From Magallana gigas (Eukaryota), in NCBI RefSeq assembly GCF_963853765.1, contig NC_088857.1, forward strand, positions 7,998,001 to 8,062,000: a stretch of DNA of 64,000 nucleotides, read 5' to 3'. The notes below the pieces were generated by a model. That model had not been told where the DNA came from. It made no database searches and saw only the letters and a program-made list of their open reading frames with translations. Below, piece after piece: positions 13,601 to 26,600 of this stretch (its first letter is position 1; each line of letters begins with the position of its first letter). Made by a program: the position numbers and the translations under genes.

Positions 13601-16342
13601 CTATTTTGTTTGTGATCCTAACCATGGACAGGATCGGAAGGAAGCGCCTCCAGTGTATCGTCATGGTGTTCGGAGGAATTGCAACTTTGCTGACCATCTT
13701 CTCTATTCTATTTGGAGGGGATGGTAAGGAGTATATAATCATGCAAAGAACTATAAAAAGAAATTTATGATCATCATTAATTGCAACTTTGCGGATCATC
13801 TTCTCTATTCTGTTTGGAGGAGATATATAATTATGCAAAGAACTATAAAAAGGAATTTATAATCATTGTAAGTGTTTTAATACGGACATTTATTAGATCT
13901 CAAAAATTTTGTCTATCTTTTTTCTCTCTCGTTTCAGATTTTACTTGGCTAACAACCACTCTTTCACTGTTCGGAAAAGTGGGATCCACGGCGGCATTTT
14001 CTGTGATCTACGTCATGACTCTTGAGTTGTACCCAACAGTCCTTCGTAACGCTGCTCTCGGGGGAGGTTCTTGTATCGGCAGGGTGGGGAGTATGCTCGC
14101 ACCCTATGTTGCGGCATCTGTATGTATTAAGTCTCACAATATGTTAAACTCAGGCAAGTAGCAGAGTTTTTTAAAGTGGAGGCCAGACTTACCCGAAATC
14201 TGGACCCGAAAATATCCTGAAACCTAATCCGTGGTAGAGGAGAAGTTCATATTACATAAAACTTCTATTTTAATGTCTTTTAAATTTAGGGGAGCGCCCA
14301 CCCACCCCCCTTTCCGGCCCCCTGCTGCTACTTGCCTGATATTATATGCTATTATTTTGTGGTCGAATATAGTTCTCAGGTGTTCTTGGTTTGTTTTACA
14401 AGGGTGCAATGATTGATGGCGATTTCTCTACCGCCCTCCCGCTAGTGATATTCGGATTCGTCTCGACCACGGCGGGACTCCTTGTTTTACTCGTGCCTGA
14501 GAGTCAACACCGGAAGTTACCGGAGAGTGTTCAGGACGGAATCAAGTTTTATGAGTGAGTAGTGTTTTATATCAATCTCAAAACTGACTGGCTAAGCTGT
14601 GCATTACTTTGTAGACTTGCTGGGTCAATTTTCGTTGGTTTGGTCAAGTTTTGATAACTATTGTATTGTATATTTCCATTGTGAATGATGTATCAAAGTT
14701 TGTTGATAGTTGCATGCTTTTTAAATACAAAATAATTTGATAAAAATATGTAATTAATATTCAAAACAAAGAATTTAGATTCAGTCTTTAGTGTATATGA
14801 ATCACAATATGTATGTATAAGGGTATACAATTTATTGAATTATGAATTAAGAGAGGAAGAAGTAAATTATGAATCAAAAGAGGAAGAGGTAATGTCTGTG
14901 AGTAAAACACCGAACCGTTTTTGATAATAACCTGCTTTTATAATATCTATAATCATCAGGTCAGGTTCCTTGCATGTTTATTGTCTGTCAGTGCACGTGT
15001 ACCAATGCCAGGTGTAGATAACCGTGAAGAAGGCCATTGCTGCACAAACATGCATCATTAGATTTATCGACATTCGTTGAATTTAGATTTCAATTTTAGA
15101 TTTAATTTTCAGCTCACATGAGCTGTAGGGTCGGTTTGAGCGCGCATGGTCAAAATGAATCGTTAACTGATTACACTTTCATTATCTTATGTACATTGCG
15201 AATCACTGCCAATTTTTTCTTTCTTTCTTATACCATACCCAAATGATTCAAAGATATTGAAATAGTCAAAGCTGTGACCATAGTTAGAGTTTTATGCATG
15301 TGTTACATTAAAGTTTTAAAATTTAGAGAATTTTAAACTATCTATCAGGTGACCGAATTCGCCATGATACCTCTTGTAAATACCTTAGACTCCTTATTCG
15401 CACTAACGATTGAACTAAATTTATCTTAAAAGTAAAGTCTTTTCAGATTCTGCCTCTTTGAATCTTTGTTACCTGTTTACAAGAAGCTAATTCTGTAACT
15501 AGAACGACAAGCATGCCAGAGAAATATATCACAATAGACACAAAAGAGGACTTGTATTGGTCATTAAAACGTTTTTGACAACTCGACTAAATGTATCTTG
15601 CTGTCCTTTAATGTGTGAACATTTGATAATTATTCAAATAGACTATGATTTAAGATGCTTCGAACCTCAGCATCAACGTACTTTTTTTTATCATAAAAAT
15701 GTTATTCATTTTTCAAACGTTATACATGAAGTGAAATAAGAAGAAAATGTTGAATGGTACCCATGCATTTTACGAAGTTATTGCCACTTTGACCACGATG
15801 AATATTCCTGATAACTTAGAGTTATCGAACATTGCTGAGGATCGGAGAACGTTAAGCGCATTATTGGTTCTTGGTTCACACAAACACCAACAGTTCAAGT
15901 CAATATACCACGGTTCTTCCAGTGGAAAAAAATGTGCAATAAATGTTGATATCCATGAATTTCTTTGAAACTGAATGCAATATGCACGCTAACAATATTA
16001 CAATTTATGCTTTGCTTCATTTGGTATAAAATTAATATTTGTTATTACATGCACTAGATTCCAGCTTGTACAGGAACGTAATGTAATAGTATCCGCTTCC
16101 TTGATATAAGCGAGGCTGGGGTCCTACTTGTATTAAGATTTTAAGTTGATAATTTTCTTTATTGGCGACAAAGGATTATCTAGAAAATTAAGCAATAAGA
16201 CATATACGGGCCACTGTGGTAGAGAGTGCTTCAAAATGATAGATATTTTTTCTTGATTTATAGGGCGGAAGAAGTCGAATCGAAACCACTAGACTGTAAC
16301 GGAGAAGATAAATCGTTCCTCATGATGTCAAAGCTAGAGTGA
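7669..16342 (+). CDS. SLC22-family (MFS organic ion transporter-like) protein, 10 exons, 549 aa
   Basis: Exons: 7669-7811, 9302-9524, 9818-9921, 10040-10194, 11102-11270, 12627-12842, 13497-13723, 13938-14119, 14403-14554, 16264-16342. All introns are GT-AG and phases match; total 1650 nt. Family motifs: MKFDDVLLKLGEFGPYQKR, large Cys-containing loop ending WVYD..DLVC, D-x-x-GRR, IPESPRWL, DRIGRK, ELYPTVLR, VPE..KLPES. The last exon is the least certain. Confidence 0.95.
13681..13866 (+). repeat. Imperfect tandem duplication (~100 bp) of the SLC22 exon 7 3' end and adjacent intron
   Basis: GCAACTTTGCTGACCATCTTCTCTATTCTATTTGGAGGGGATGGTAAGGAGTATATAATCATGCAAAGAACTATAAAAAG at 13681 recurs at 13783 as GCAACTTTGCGGATCATCTTCTCTATTCTGTTTGGAGGAGATATATAATTATGCAAAGAACTATAAAAAGG. 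Confidence 0.9.
14151..14338. mobile_element. 188-bp MITE in SLC22 intron 8
   Basis: Perfect 14-bp terminal inverted repeats CAGGCAAGTAGCAG / CTGCTACTTGCCTG. No clear target-site duplication. Confidence 0.8.
15106..15377 (+). mobile_element. Degenerate Helentron-associated (HINE-like) non-autonomous element in SLC22 intron 9
   Basis: A T-run precedes AGCTCACATGAG; an inverted subterminal TCAGGTGACCG is followed by ..CCATG..CCTCTTGT. This resembles oyster HINE ends as I recall them; not database-checked. Confidence 0.45.
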
Positions 16343-17872
16343 CAAGATGGCGAACTTTATGTAAAGAGAGATACACAAACACATGTTAACGTCATATACC
16401 AAAAACTAAGCCATCTTTTGTTACTAATTTCATGGATTAAGATTGAAACGTTTTAATTAAAATAGCGAGCTGTGTTGTTATTAAGGTTTTATTACAGTCA
16501 ACTGGTACGCACTGTCATGGCGTCACCGTGTCAGGATTTTCATATAATCCGAAACAAAACGAATAATCCCACTTGACCTAGTTTGGAGTATGCAACAATA
16601 TGCAGCAGTCTGGTTATGAATGCTTTCATTAAAATTTTCATGTAATCTGTCATTTTAATTATTTTAAAATATCGGCAGTTAATCCAGGACGTATTGTACT
16701 TTTAGATGAGTTCACTTGATTTGTTTGAAAAAGAATAAAAGGATTAGTCCGTTCCATTCATCTGTAATATGATTCTCGTCTTCCCGATAGAGGCCATATA
16801 TTTTGAACACCATAAGTTGTCAAAATTTATTGAATTTTTTTTTCATATCATATTTCGAATGTTATAGGGTTTTTGTAGATATATGAATAGCAAAGAAATA
16901 CTTATAGCTTAACAATTTTTTTGGCGGGGGGAGGGAGGGGGTGAAGGGGGATAACAAAATACTATGGTAGCAGCCCTGTGTTATTATTTGTTTAAAATAT
17001 TCATTGTTATTCAGTATCAGTAGTAAATACTGCAAAGGCAATATAGAGCAGGTGTTGATTCGTTTAAAGCACATTCATAAATAGACCCAATAGCAGCGAT
17101 TGTAAGTAGGGAAGGGCTGTAGATAAATAAAGATGAAATGTAAACGATGTCATACATGTTTTTTTTTCAAACAACGTAATCTAAAATTATAACTAAACTA
17201 CTTCATTCAAAGCATTGTATGAAGGATTTACAAGACCTTTAGGAAGTCTTAGATAATAAAAATGTATTCAATGGGAAGCTTGGGGCATGGAAGCTTTAAA
17301 TCTTACCGATTCATAGAGTTAACAAGGCATTGAATACACTTGAACAGAGTTTTATACAGATTCTTTATGCATAAAAAGTTCTGTGTAAAAAACGTAAAAA
17401 AATAGATTATTGTATTCTTTTATTGGAAGTTTGGCTGTGTAAATTACTTATCAACAAGCAATTCCAAGTGCCATTTTAACTTATTTTCAAGTATAAATTA
17501 ATATATTTAATACTGATTATTTAAGCAAAGCACGAAAAATCTCTGTAAAAATGTGCAATTAAAATTATGAAAGTTTCTTTACTCATGAATACGACTCGGC
17601 AATGTTTCATCTTTATAAAAGAAATGATTGATTGTCGTAAATTATGATAATTTGCAGGAAACTTACCTACTTTAAAATTTGCATTTCATTTTTACATTTT
17701 TAAGCCTGACGTCAATTTAGATTTATTCCCGAAATAGATACGTTATCTTTGCACTTTGGAATTATTATTTAAAAATCACCAATTAGAAAAAGGCAGTACG
17801 CTATGCCCGACAACTTTTGACTTGGTTTCTCGTTTCCAAGAGTTCAATCTTTCTTTTTTTTTTACAGCTACA

Positions 17873-18115
17873 GGTGTCCAAGTAGCGTAGTTAACATAAC
17901 ACTCGCTTCTCACCCCTGCGACCCGAGTTAGGGCATCCCCGTGATCGTCAGTGATTGTATGTGATAGGGTATGGCGGTCGCCCGCTTGGTCACTTGGGTT
18001 CTCTCCGAGTACTCCGGCTTCTTCCCACACCAATTACCCATCGCGCTAACATCCGTGCCAACGAGAGATATTAATATAAGTTGTAGAACTTGTTTATCAA
18101 TCGTTGTAAATCAAA
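17873..18115 (+). mobile_element. tRNA-derived SINE with a V-domain-like central motif
   Basis: Degenerate tRNA-like head (TAGCGTAGTTAAC..CTCGCTTCTCACC..GACCCGAGTT). Motif GGGTTCTCTCCGAGTACTCCGGCTTCTTCCCAC at 17996-18028 resembles the conserved core of V-type SINEs. Confidence 0.7.
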
Positions 18116-18750
18116 GATCAGGTTTTTTTTTCAGCTATATATGTCATATAAGACGATAAGATCAGATTGAAAATATAATTCATAGTTATCTGTAGATGAG
18201 ATATACGTAAATCGTATTTATGATATATCTATAAGGAAATAAGTGTCTCATGTTTTGTCCAAGAAATTGCGTGCAGATCCAACAATAAAGGACCTATAAC
18301 GAATAACCATTCAATTGACCTATAGGGGAGACAGATTTCCCGGGAAAAAAATACTTTTGAAAATAAAGTTTATTTGGTTATATTCTATCGTACATATTTC
18401 AAAAATTTTCGAATTTGCATTTTTAACCTATCATATTGCTCTTGCAATTTTATTATTAATCTTCACAGATGGCGAAAACAGCATTTGCTCAGTAAAATGG
18501 TATATTTCTGCATGGTTTTTGGCCTAGACATCCTTCAGGATCGGCCTGCTTCTAAAACGTCTAAGATATTTGATAGCTTTTGTTTTAAAAAGGAATAAAT
18601 TGAGATATAAAAAAAACAAAAGTTTCGGAAACTGATTTCTATTATAAAGGTCTATATTAACACCGAAGCGTGTTAGTTCTGGATAGCTCGGTAGTTTAAA
18701 TTCGTGATGATTTTGTACACTGGTTCGATTCCATCTGTGAGCATGCTTTT

Positions 18751-21329
18751 TAGACGGTGGCTATAAATAGCCACGGTCTATTGCTACGGTCCTGACCGAA
18801 AGAGTATTTCTCACGGGGACCCTAGCGGATAACGAACGATAACTCTGTTAGGCATGCAGTGTTACACGCAATGTTTTATCTATGTGTCGATTTCAGTATG
18901 ATAGCTAATTCTAATCTTATCAGATATTTTAAGCATTATAGCTGCTAATCATTTTGTACATATATTTAAGTAATTTATGAAATTGTGTTTTATTTTAAAT
19001 GAGCCGTTACCCTATCTGCTTACGCGGTATCGATAATTTATATTTTTATGCACCAACTGCCAGTTGTGACGTTAAACTCTGTATCAGGACTGCATAAACT
19101 ATATCACTGCGATAATTGGCAAAGAGATCTCACAATAATCGCTTCTTGTTTTTTTTATGATGTAAACAATTGTCAGAAACACACACAATTTAAAAAGGTT
19201 TGCCATTTTATATTTCAGCAAGTATACTATATGCTTCATCGATAAATTCATTCATTTTCAACGCATTAATTTTAGTTGAGGAAGAATATTTATTTTTTTT
19301 GTAGCTTATTCTAAAGAATTCACAACAGATACTGATAATGAATATTAGATAAATTACATTTTATTGAACTTCAACCGATCAATTGCACACTTTCTTCTAC
19401 AAGTGTTCATGTGTTCTTTTAAAAAACAAAAAACTTGAAATTTACGATACAAATGTTGGACTATCCTGTGATTTACCTAATTTTGTAACCCACTCTGTCT
19501 GTAGGAACATTAATATTATTACAGGCACCTCAATATTCATCAGACAATATTTACTACTGATGTTGACGCTTTATTTGCTGCTGACTTTCTCTCAAACACG
19601 CTATTCGATCGACCTCGGATTGTAATATTCACGTGCAAATCAAGTCGCCATTTTACATGTACATGTATAAACAAACAACATTTTACGATGTTTCAAAGAT
19701 TTTCAGTTCAGATTTTTTGTAAGCAAATAAGGGATTAAAGACATGCTGTAAAATGTCTTATGGATTTCACGGCGTATCAGCTCGTATATCTCTAATTTGC
19801 AGCAAACGCTAGCTTTTTCTGTGAGAAAAAACAATCAGTTCAACTCATGCAATATTCCATATACATTTATGGTACATTGTGAACGATAATGTAAGATATA
19901 ATAATTTTGTTCACTTAACAGTTTCTGACGAATTTTTCACACTAAACTGAAATAACGCAATTTGATGAGCGAAGTACAATCTGTAACTTTAATCCATATG
20001 CACCCGTCTCTGCTTTTAGAGAACCTTTTCTTTGGTTTTGGGGGATTTTTTCGCAAACAGATAACATTATTTACACATGTACGTAAATATCACCCCTTTT
20101 GTTCTCAAATAATTTTTAACCCGCGAGTACAACTCTATTGTGAGCTTTCTTCGACATTTGTTTCCATTTACAAAGAGGCGGGCCTATATAAATGCGCCAG
20201 TTTGTTGCGACTCGCAATCGAAATAAGTGTCATCACTCAACGAAATGCTACATCGGCCGTAGCGTATACATCCATGCTATATTTGCGATAAATAATGAAA
20301 CATGAAGGTAAAAAATGTGCTTCATAGACGCCTGTAGTATTCTGCTTAGCTACAGAACTATAGCTTTCCGGAAATATTGCCGGGATTTGCGGACCGTAGA
20401 TCTATTGTATAGACTATAGTACATGCAAAGAATAAAATGAAATTTATATACACAGCTGTACGGTCAGAAAAACATGCGTTTAACTTGGATTCTGTTTGTT
20501 TGGTGTTTTTAAAAACTAATTTTGAATATTTAATCTATATTTAAATTCTTGTAAGTTTTCTACAAAAGTTTAAAGTTGCAAGTAAATTATGCGTGTTAAA
20601 GTGTACTGAGAAGCGATTAAATATACATGTGACTTTCCCAAATTCATTCAAATGATTTGAATAAATCTATAGCTAAATATAATTAGACTAATATACTTTA
20701 AAACGTTGATTAATGAAACTGCCGCGACTGAATATTGAATATGATATTTTTTTCTCAAATTTTTATTCACTTTCGTTGTGAGCAAATGGAAATAATCCAC
20801 TACAGTCGAAGATAAAATAATGATTTACTTCTGTTTCATGATGACGTGCATTCCAAAAGCAATACCAGTTTTATCAAACAGGTTCTTGCAAACCATTCCG
20901 TTTTCTGAACATCTAAATGTATAACTGACTATGATGACAAAAACAAGTGTGATAGTTCACAAGCAAGTGTGATGATGCAACTTTTTCCCCGTGAAGAAAT
21001 TGAGGGAAAATGCTGTCGAGAGGGACAATAAACATACTTGACTACATGTATGCCCAAATAGTTAGTAAAAACCTGATAAGTATTTTATCATACTAAAGCT
21101 TTATTTGTTCTCGTTACTTTGAGAAATATACAATATCTTTAAAGCACAAAAGTCCAATCCACACTTTTCAAAAGTTGTTCCCCTTTGCAGGGTCAACCCA
21201 AAGGTCAAAAAGGAAAAAACAACAAAATTCCCCTTCTTTATACAATTAAATAGTTTGGCGTACTGTGATGAAATCGCTTTGGATTTGATTTATTCATTCA
21301 ATATGTGGTGGCAACCCACATATTCAATG
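18751..21329. mobile_element. ~2.6-kb non-coding interspersed repeat, copy 1, with hairpins at both ends (probable non-autonomous transposon)
   Basis: Colinear reverse-complement match to 42479-46017. Hairpin TAGACGGTGGCTATAAATAGCCACGGTCTA at 18751-18780 and a 14-bp-stem hairpin at 21295-21329. No convincing ORF. Confidence 0.85.
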
Positions 21330-23697
21330 AGTCATTCTGGGGCAATCAAAATACATTTGTGTAGTACATGTATTACCAAAAACGGAGTTTTAATATCAAC
21401 TAATATAGATACAAACATATCTGGATACAAACATATAGATACAAACTATACCTTAGTGTAAGCACGCCTTGTTTGAGGACAAGAATTACTCACTCTGTTT
21501 ACTCAAAACAGGTGCCAAGTAAAAATCCTTCTGTATCTACAATCATCATTCTTCCTGTTTTTTAATGTTGAAAAAACTACGGCGACGTGTCACGTGCATT
21601 ATTTATAGCAAAGAGTCATAGGGTTTGCGACTTTCGATAATTGCTAATATGCCCCTGGTTGTAAATAAACGCATATAAAGAACATGTATTGCATTATAGA
21701 AAGTAAGCTAAAAATATAATTTAAAGATAATCAAGTAAAAAGGCGTCCATTGCTCATACTGCTCGTACAACGACTGTGAAACTTGTTTTCAATCACTATA
21801 CATTATGAGAACTAGAACCTAAGAGTTTACTGTGTATGGCCTAAAATCAAGAAGTGGAACGGAAATCGATATGCTTTTCTGTAAAGACAGAAACCAATAC
21901 CGGTCCTATACACCCCTGCGAATGTTATTGTCATTCAAATTTTCGAACACGTGGTTTTATTTGACCCTTTAAGTTTCGCAGTAAAAATTGTGCCTCGTGT
22001 TTATAGTCTATTTTATAGAATCTAGGTACTTGTTGTCAAATATAAATTCTAGACGTATATTGATTTTAAACTATTTTCATTGATTGGTGGATAAAATGTG
22101 TTCTAGAAATAAATGTGACAATACAAAAAATAGTTTTTTTTCTGCTGTTGCAACAATTAACATGCGTAGTAGAGATCCCCCTAGGAATTAATTTTCGATC
22201 CGCGCCTGACCTAGTAATAACATCAATAGTGAAAGAGACTATACTATTTTATGCAGAATGTTCCTTGAAAATGGCTCGATATACTAGGTTTTTATGCAAA
22301 ACATTCACCCATTATTTATTTTTAAAAACATAGTATTGCACACCACAAGCATCAAACATGGCTATGATTTTGTTTAGCAACCCAATGTTTATATTTTCAA
22401 CCACTTTACACGTGGTTGAACACGAACGATAACTCTGTTCTGAATATCATCGTTAAATTTAAATAATATAGTGAAATAAGATAGTGAAATAAGACATACA
22501 TCTTAAAAGATTTTGATGTTTTTACATAAATCAAAGTAGGATATGATATGAAAATTGACCAGTACTTACGTATTTTGAGAATATTATTCGAACACTTATA
22601 TTTCCGCTCGAAATTTCACAGGAACTGAACAAATCTCGGTGAAGTCTCGTGAACTTTCATTCGAGCACCTCTGGATTTATTACATACTTAGCAACGATAA
22701 AGAAAACATTCCGAACACATTCGCAGGGGTGCTATAGGTCAATTCAATTGTTAGTCGCAATAGATCCTGTCTGCGGCATTATTTGTTTAATAGTTTACAA
22801 ATATTGACTTGAGGTTGAGGGCAACATTGATTAAATTAGTCCCCAAGGGACGAAATATTGCCCGATGCGAAGCGCATGATTTTTTTTTTAGTTTTTTTTT
22901 GTAGAATTAAGAAACTAAGTAAATCATCAGTGTATGTTTTTTACAATGCCCATAGACATGTTAGTAATCTTGTTTATACATAACATATGGAAATATACAG
23001 GAAATGTAAACATGGCGAAAATAAACGAAAGGTATTACAGACGCAAATGGTTTAACCGAGGCGTGCAGGAATACGAGTATTCTAGCTTGATTAATACATC
23101 GTACGCAGCATTCAAAACAGCTTGTAAAACCATACACAAATAAATCCTCCATATTCTGCTTCAGAGAAACCGGACACTTTATGTCTTTTTTATGGGTAAA
23201 ACGAACTTCTTCAAACGGTAAACATGATTTTCTTCTGAATGCAGAATAACTAAGTTGTTACGTTGATATGTCTTCCCATAGCCTGGTCTATATTTTTTAT
23301 TTACACGAAGGCAATGTTCCATAAAAGTTAATAAATCGCACAGAAATAGAAACCGGCCCCCCATCGTCAAGGCAGAATTAATGCACATGGGGAACGTGAA
23401 AGGATCTTCACGGGATCCAAGGCATTCTCTTGATGTTAGGAGCGCTAAAGTTTAAAGTGCAGAGTTTTTCACTAAATATTGCTCTTATAACAATCTTTCA
23501 ATGGGTTGATCTTTCATGGTCATTTTGGTAGATAGAACGAAGTTGTAGATCTTGTTTGGATATGTAAAAAAAGATTATCGCAACATTCGATTTTCAAACT
23601 AATGAGACATCAATAAAATCGTCACATTTGAATCTATAAGTTTCAATTTTGAAATTCATCGGGAAAATAAGCTAAGGCGGACAGAATACTTTGAGAA

Positions 23698-26600
23698 ATG
23701 AAAATACAATTGTTTTCCTTCTTTCTGTGCCAAGGTTTACCTTTCTTGATTGTTGCAACGGTGAGTAATGGTCGTTTATAAGTAAATTTGATTTATTAGA
23801 AGTAACTGGCGACGAATCGGCGTTTGTTTTTCTACTTATTTTTATAAATTAACATTTTACAATCATATTAATGCAAACGTGTTCGTTCCTAAGCAAAATA
23901 GGACGAATTCAAATATTGTCAATTTATTTGATTATTGCAATATATAAATATCCATGCGTTATCCGTGCAGTTAGTGCACTAGATGCATGATACTAGTATT
24001 CGGATTTAGATCCATAATCAGCTATAGTCCGTCCAAAATTAACGTTTCTATCACATTTTGAGAAAATGCGCATACCTGTCATAGAAGTAAATTTGAATCC
24101 ATTAAAGGGAAATATCCAAGATTTGTTTATTGAAAGCTCATCAATAATTCACAGGAACGATAAAAAAAAGTTTACGGAGATTAACGGATATATTCCATCA
24201 TCTTTTATAATAATTCGCAATTGGAACTAATTTGGTAATACACTATAATAATTACAGGGGTTTTTTTTCTAGCCCCCCATTTTTCGAGGTTTACCGACGT
24301 CGGTCAACGTCGGGGAGCAGGAATACGCTAACCGCCTGATTTACACGCTGACGGTCAGTGACGTCAACAACGACAACTACGTGTGTAACGCAGCAGGTAC
24401 CACCCCAACACCTGCGCGCGCAGAGACGGAGTTCAGAGTATTGATTGACCCTCAGACCGGACGTAAGTGGATTAAAGTATTGATATAAAATGAATATTGT
24501 AATGTGGGATGCAAAAATACATTATCTATCTATACATTATCTCTCTGACAATGAAGTTTACTGCTGATTTTATGAATCAAAGTTTGAGATCGTTAAAATG
24601 ACGTGTTAATGCAAAAAGAATAAACAACTACGCAAATTAGTATAATTACGAAATAAAGTACACGAAGGTCTTTGCGTTTACATCAACAAATTTTGGTAGT
24701 TAAGTTTTGTGATTTTTTAAGTCCCCATGACACTTTAAGTTTCTAAACAGCAAACTAAAATGACACGTGATTGCTCTTTAAATTTATAAACAATGCGTCC
24801 TTTAAAGACTATGGAGTCTACGCTCACAATGGGTCGCCGGGAACTTCGGCGGCGCCCAATGTTATGTTTGATTTTGCCGCGCAGTCCACTTATCAGATCA
24901 ACATCCGGTGTACGGACTCTAACGGCGAGTTCCGGGAGGACAAGCTGGAGGTGGACGTGATCCCGGGGGACAGGCTGGAGTTCACCCACTCCTCAGGTCA
25001 GTGTTACACGAGAACAAGGATATCAATTATTTTATGTTAACATTCAATCAAAGTACTAAAGTGACTGAGAAGCGCTAAGGTATGATCACATTTTACCATT
25101 AATTAAATGTTATTTATTAAATTGTATTTAACGGTATACTAAAGTGATGTAAGATTTTGATGCTTTTAATTTTAACATCAATGGAACCTCTTGGGAACAT
25201 GTAGAAATGCTACTAAACTGTGTTAATTTTACAACTTTGAAACAAGATAAAAAGTGTTTTTAAAAAGTGAGAACATGTAAATGGTTTCTTAAGACCTTGA
25301 AGTTAGTAACAATTCTGTTCTCCTACAGATGTCGTGTCAGTTGATGCGCAGACAGCTACAGCCAGTGAACTTATTTACACTGTGTCATCACGTGACCTAC
25401 TTAACCATTCACCTTTGACCTATACTCTGATATCGGTTCCAAGTACAAACAGTTTTGCCATTGACTCAAGTGAGTTTTTTGAAAAAACTAAAGAAAAAAA
25501 TCTTGATATTTGTTTAAAGTCTAACCTTATTCTTTTTGTTAAATTCATTGAGACATAAATAAGCAACACAACACAACTGAAACAATTAATTATATGATAA
25601 ACATTATCTCATTATATACATGTAGTCAGACATTTTCCTTAAAGATATTGATGTTCATTTATATTTACGTATGAATTTTTATGATGTCACGTGAAGGCAG
25701 TGGACAGGTGAGGACAACGCGGACCCTACTTGATGAGACCCACACCCCGGTACACCTTTACATCTCCGTCACAGACGGACTTATCTCAGTCCAAACACTA
25801 CTCAGTGTTGATATTCTCAGTACGTGTCAATCTTTGGGAGATAAAGGTTTTTTTTAAATAGGGCCTAAAAAAAGTTGTGTGTTTAGGGTAACCCGACCTA
25901 ACCTACAAATGTACAAAAATGCCCTGATCCTACCATTTTTAGATGTCAAATTTTATCCGATTGTGAATTTTATATTATTTCTATTAAAAAACCCGTTTTT
26001 AAATGTGACACAAACAAACATTCTTAGGATTCATGCAGAAAAAATATGATGAAATTTTTTTAAAAAATCGCTACCTACCTAACCTAATTTTTTTTCATCA
26101 GTGTTACCCTAAACACACAATTTTTTATAGGCCTAGAAAAAAAACACATGTTAAAGCAGATCTTTAATGTACATGTGTGTCCGTCTAAGAAATTACTAGT
26201 TTACTTAATCTTAGATTTAAACAGTCAGCCCAATATAACAAACCTGCCTGCCTCTGTATCCGTCGACGAGGACATCGCTGGAGGAACCGTCATCTTCACT
26301 CTGACGTCACAAGACCTTGACCCCACTGACCCTTTGACCCATTCTTTCAGCGTTAGTCCTATTACTGCTCAAGGTCTATTTTCCTTTGACTCTGCGAGTA
26401 AGTATATAAACATCCAAAAAATATTTTGTTTATAATTATACGTTCATGATTGTGAACTCTACAATTTACGTATCATCTGCCTGTTACTTAGGTGGTCAGT
26501 TCAAACTGTCTACTGGTAAACTTGATTACGAGACTTTGTCTCGTTATAATGTGACTTTCATGATATCGGATGGTAAGACCACGACAGGACCCTATTCACT

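Noticed and set aside
17776-18033. 85-aa ORF MVWEEAGVLGENPS
   Set aside because: It is the antisense translation of the SINE.
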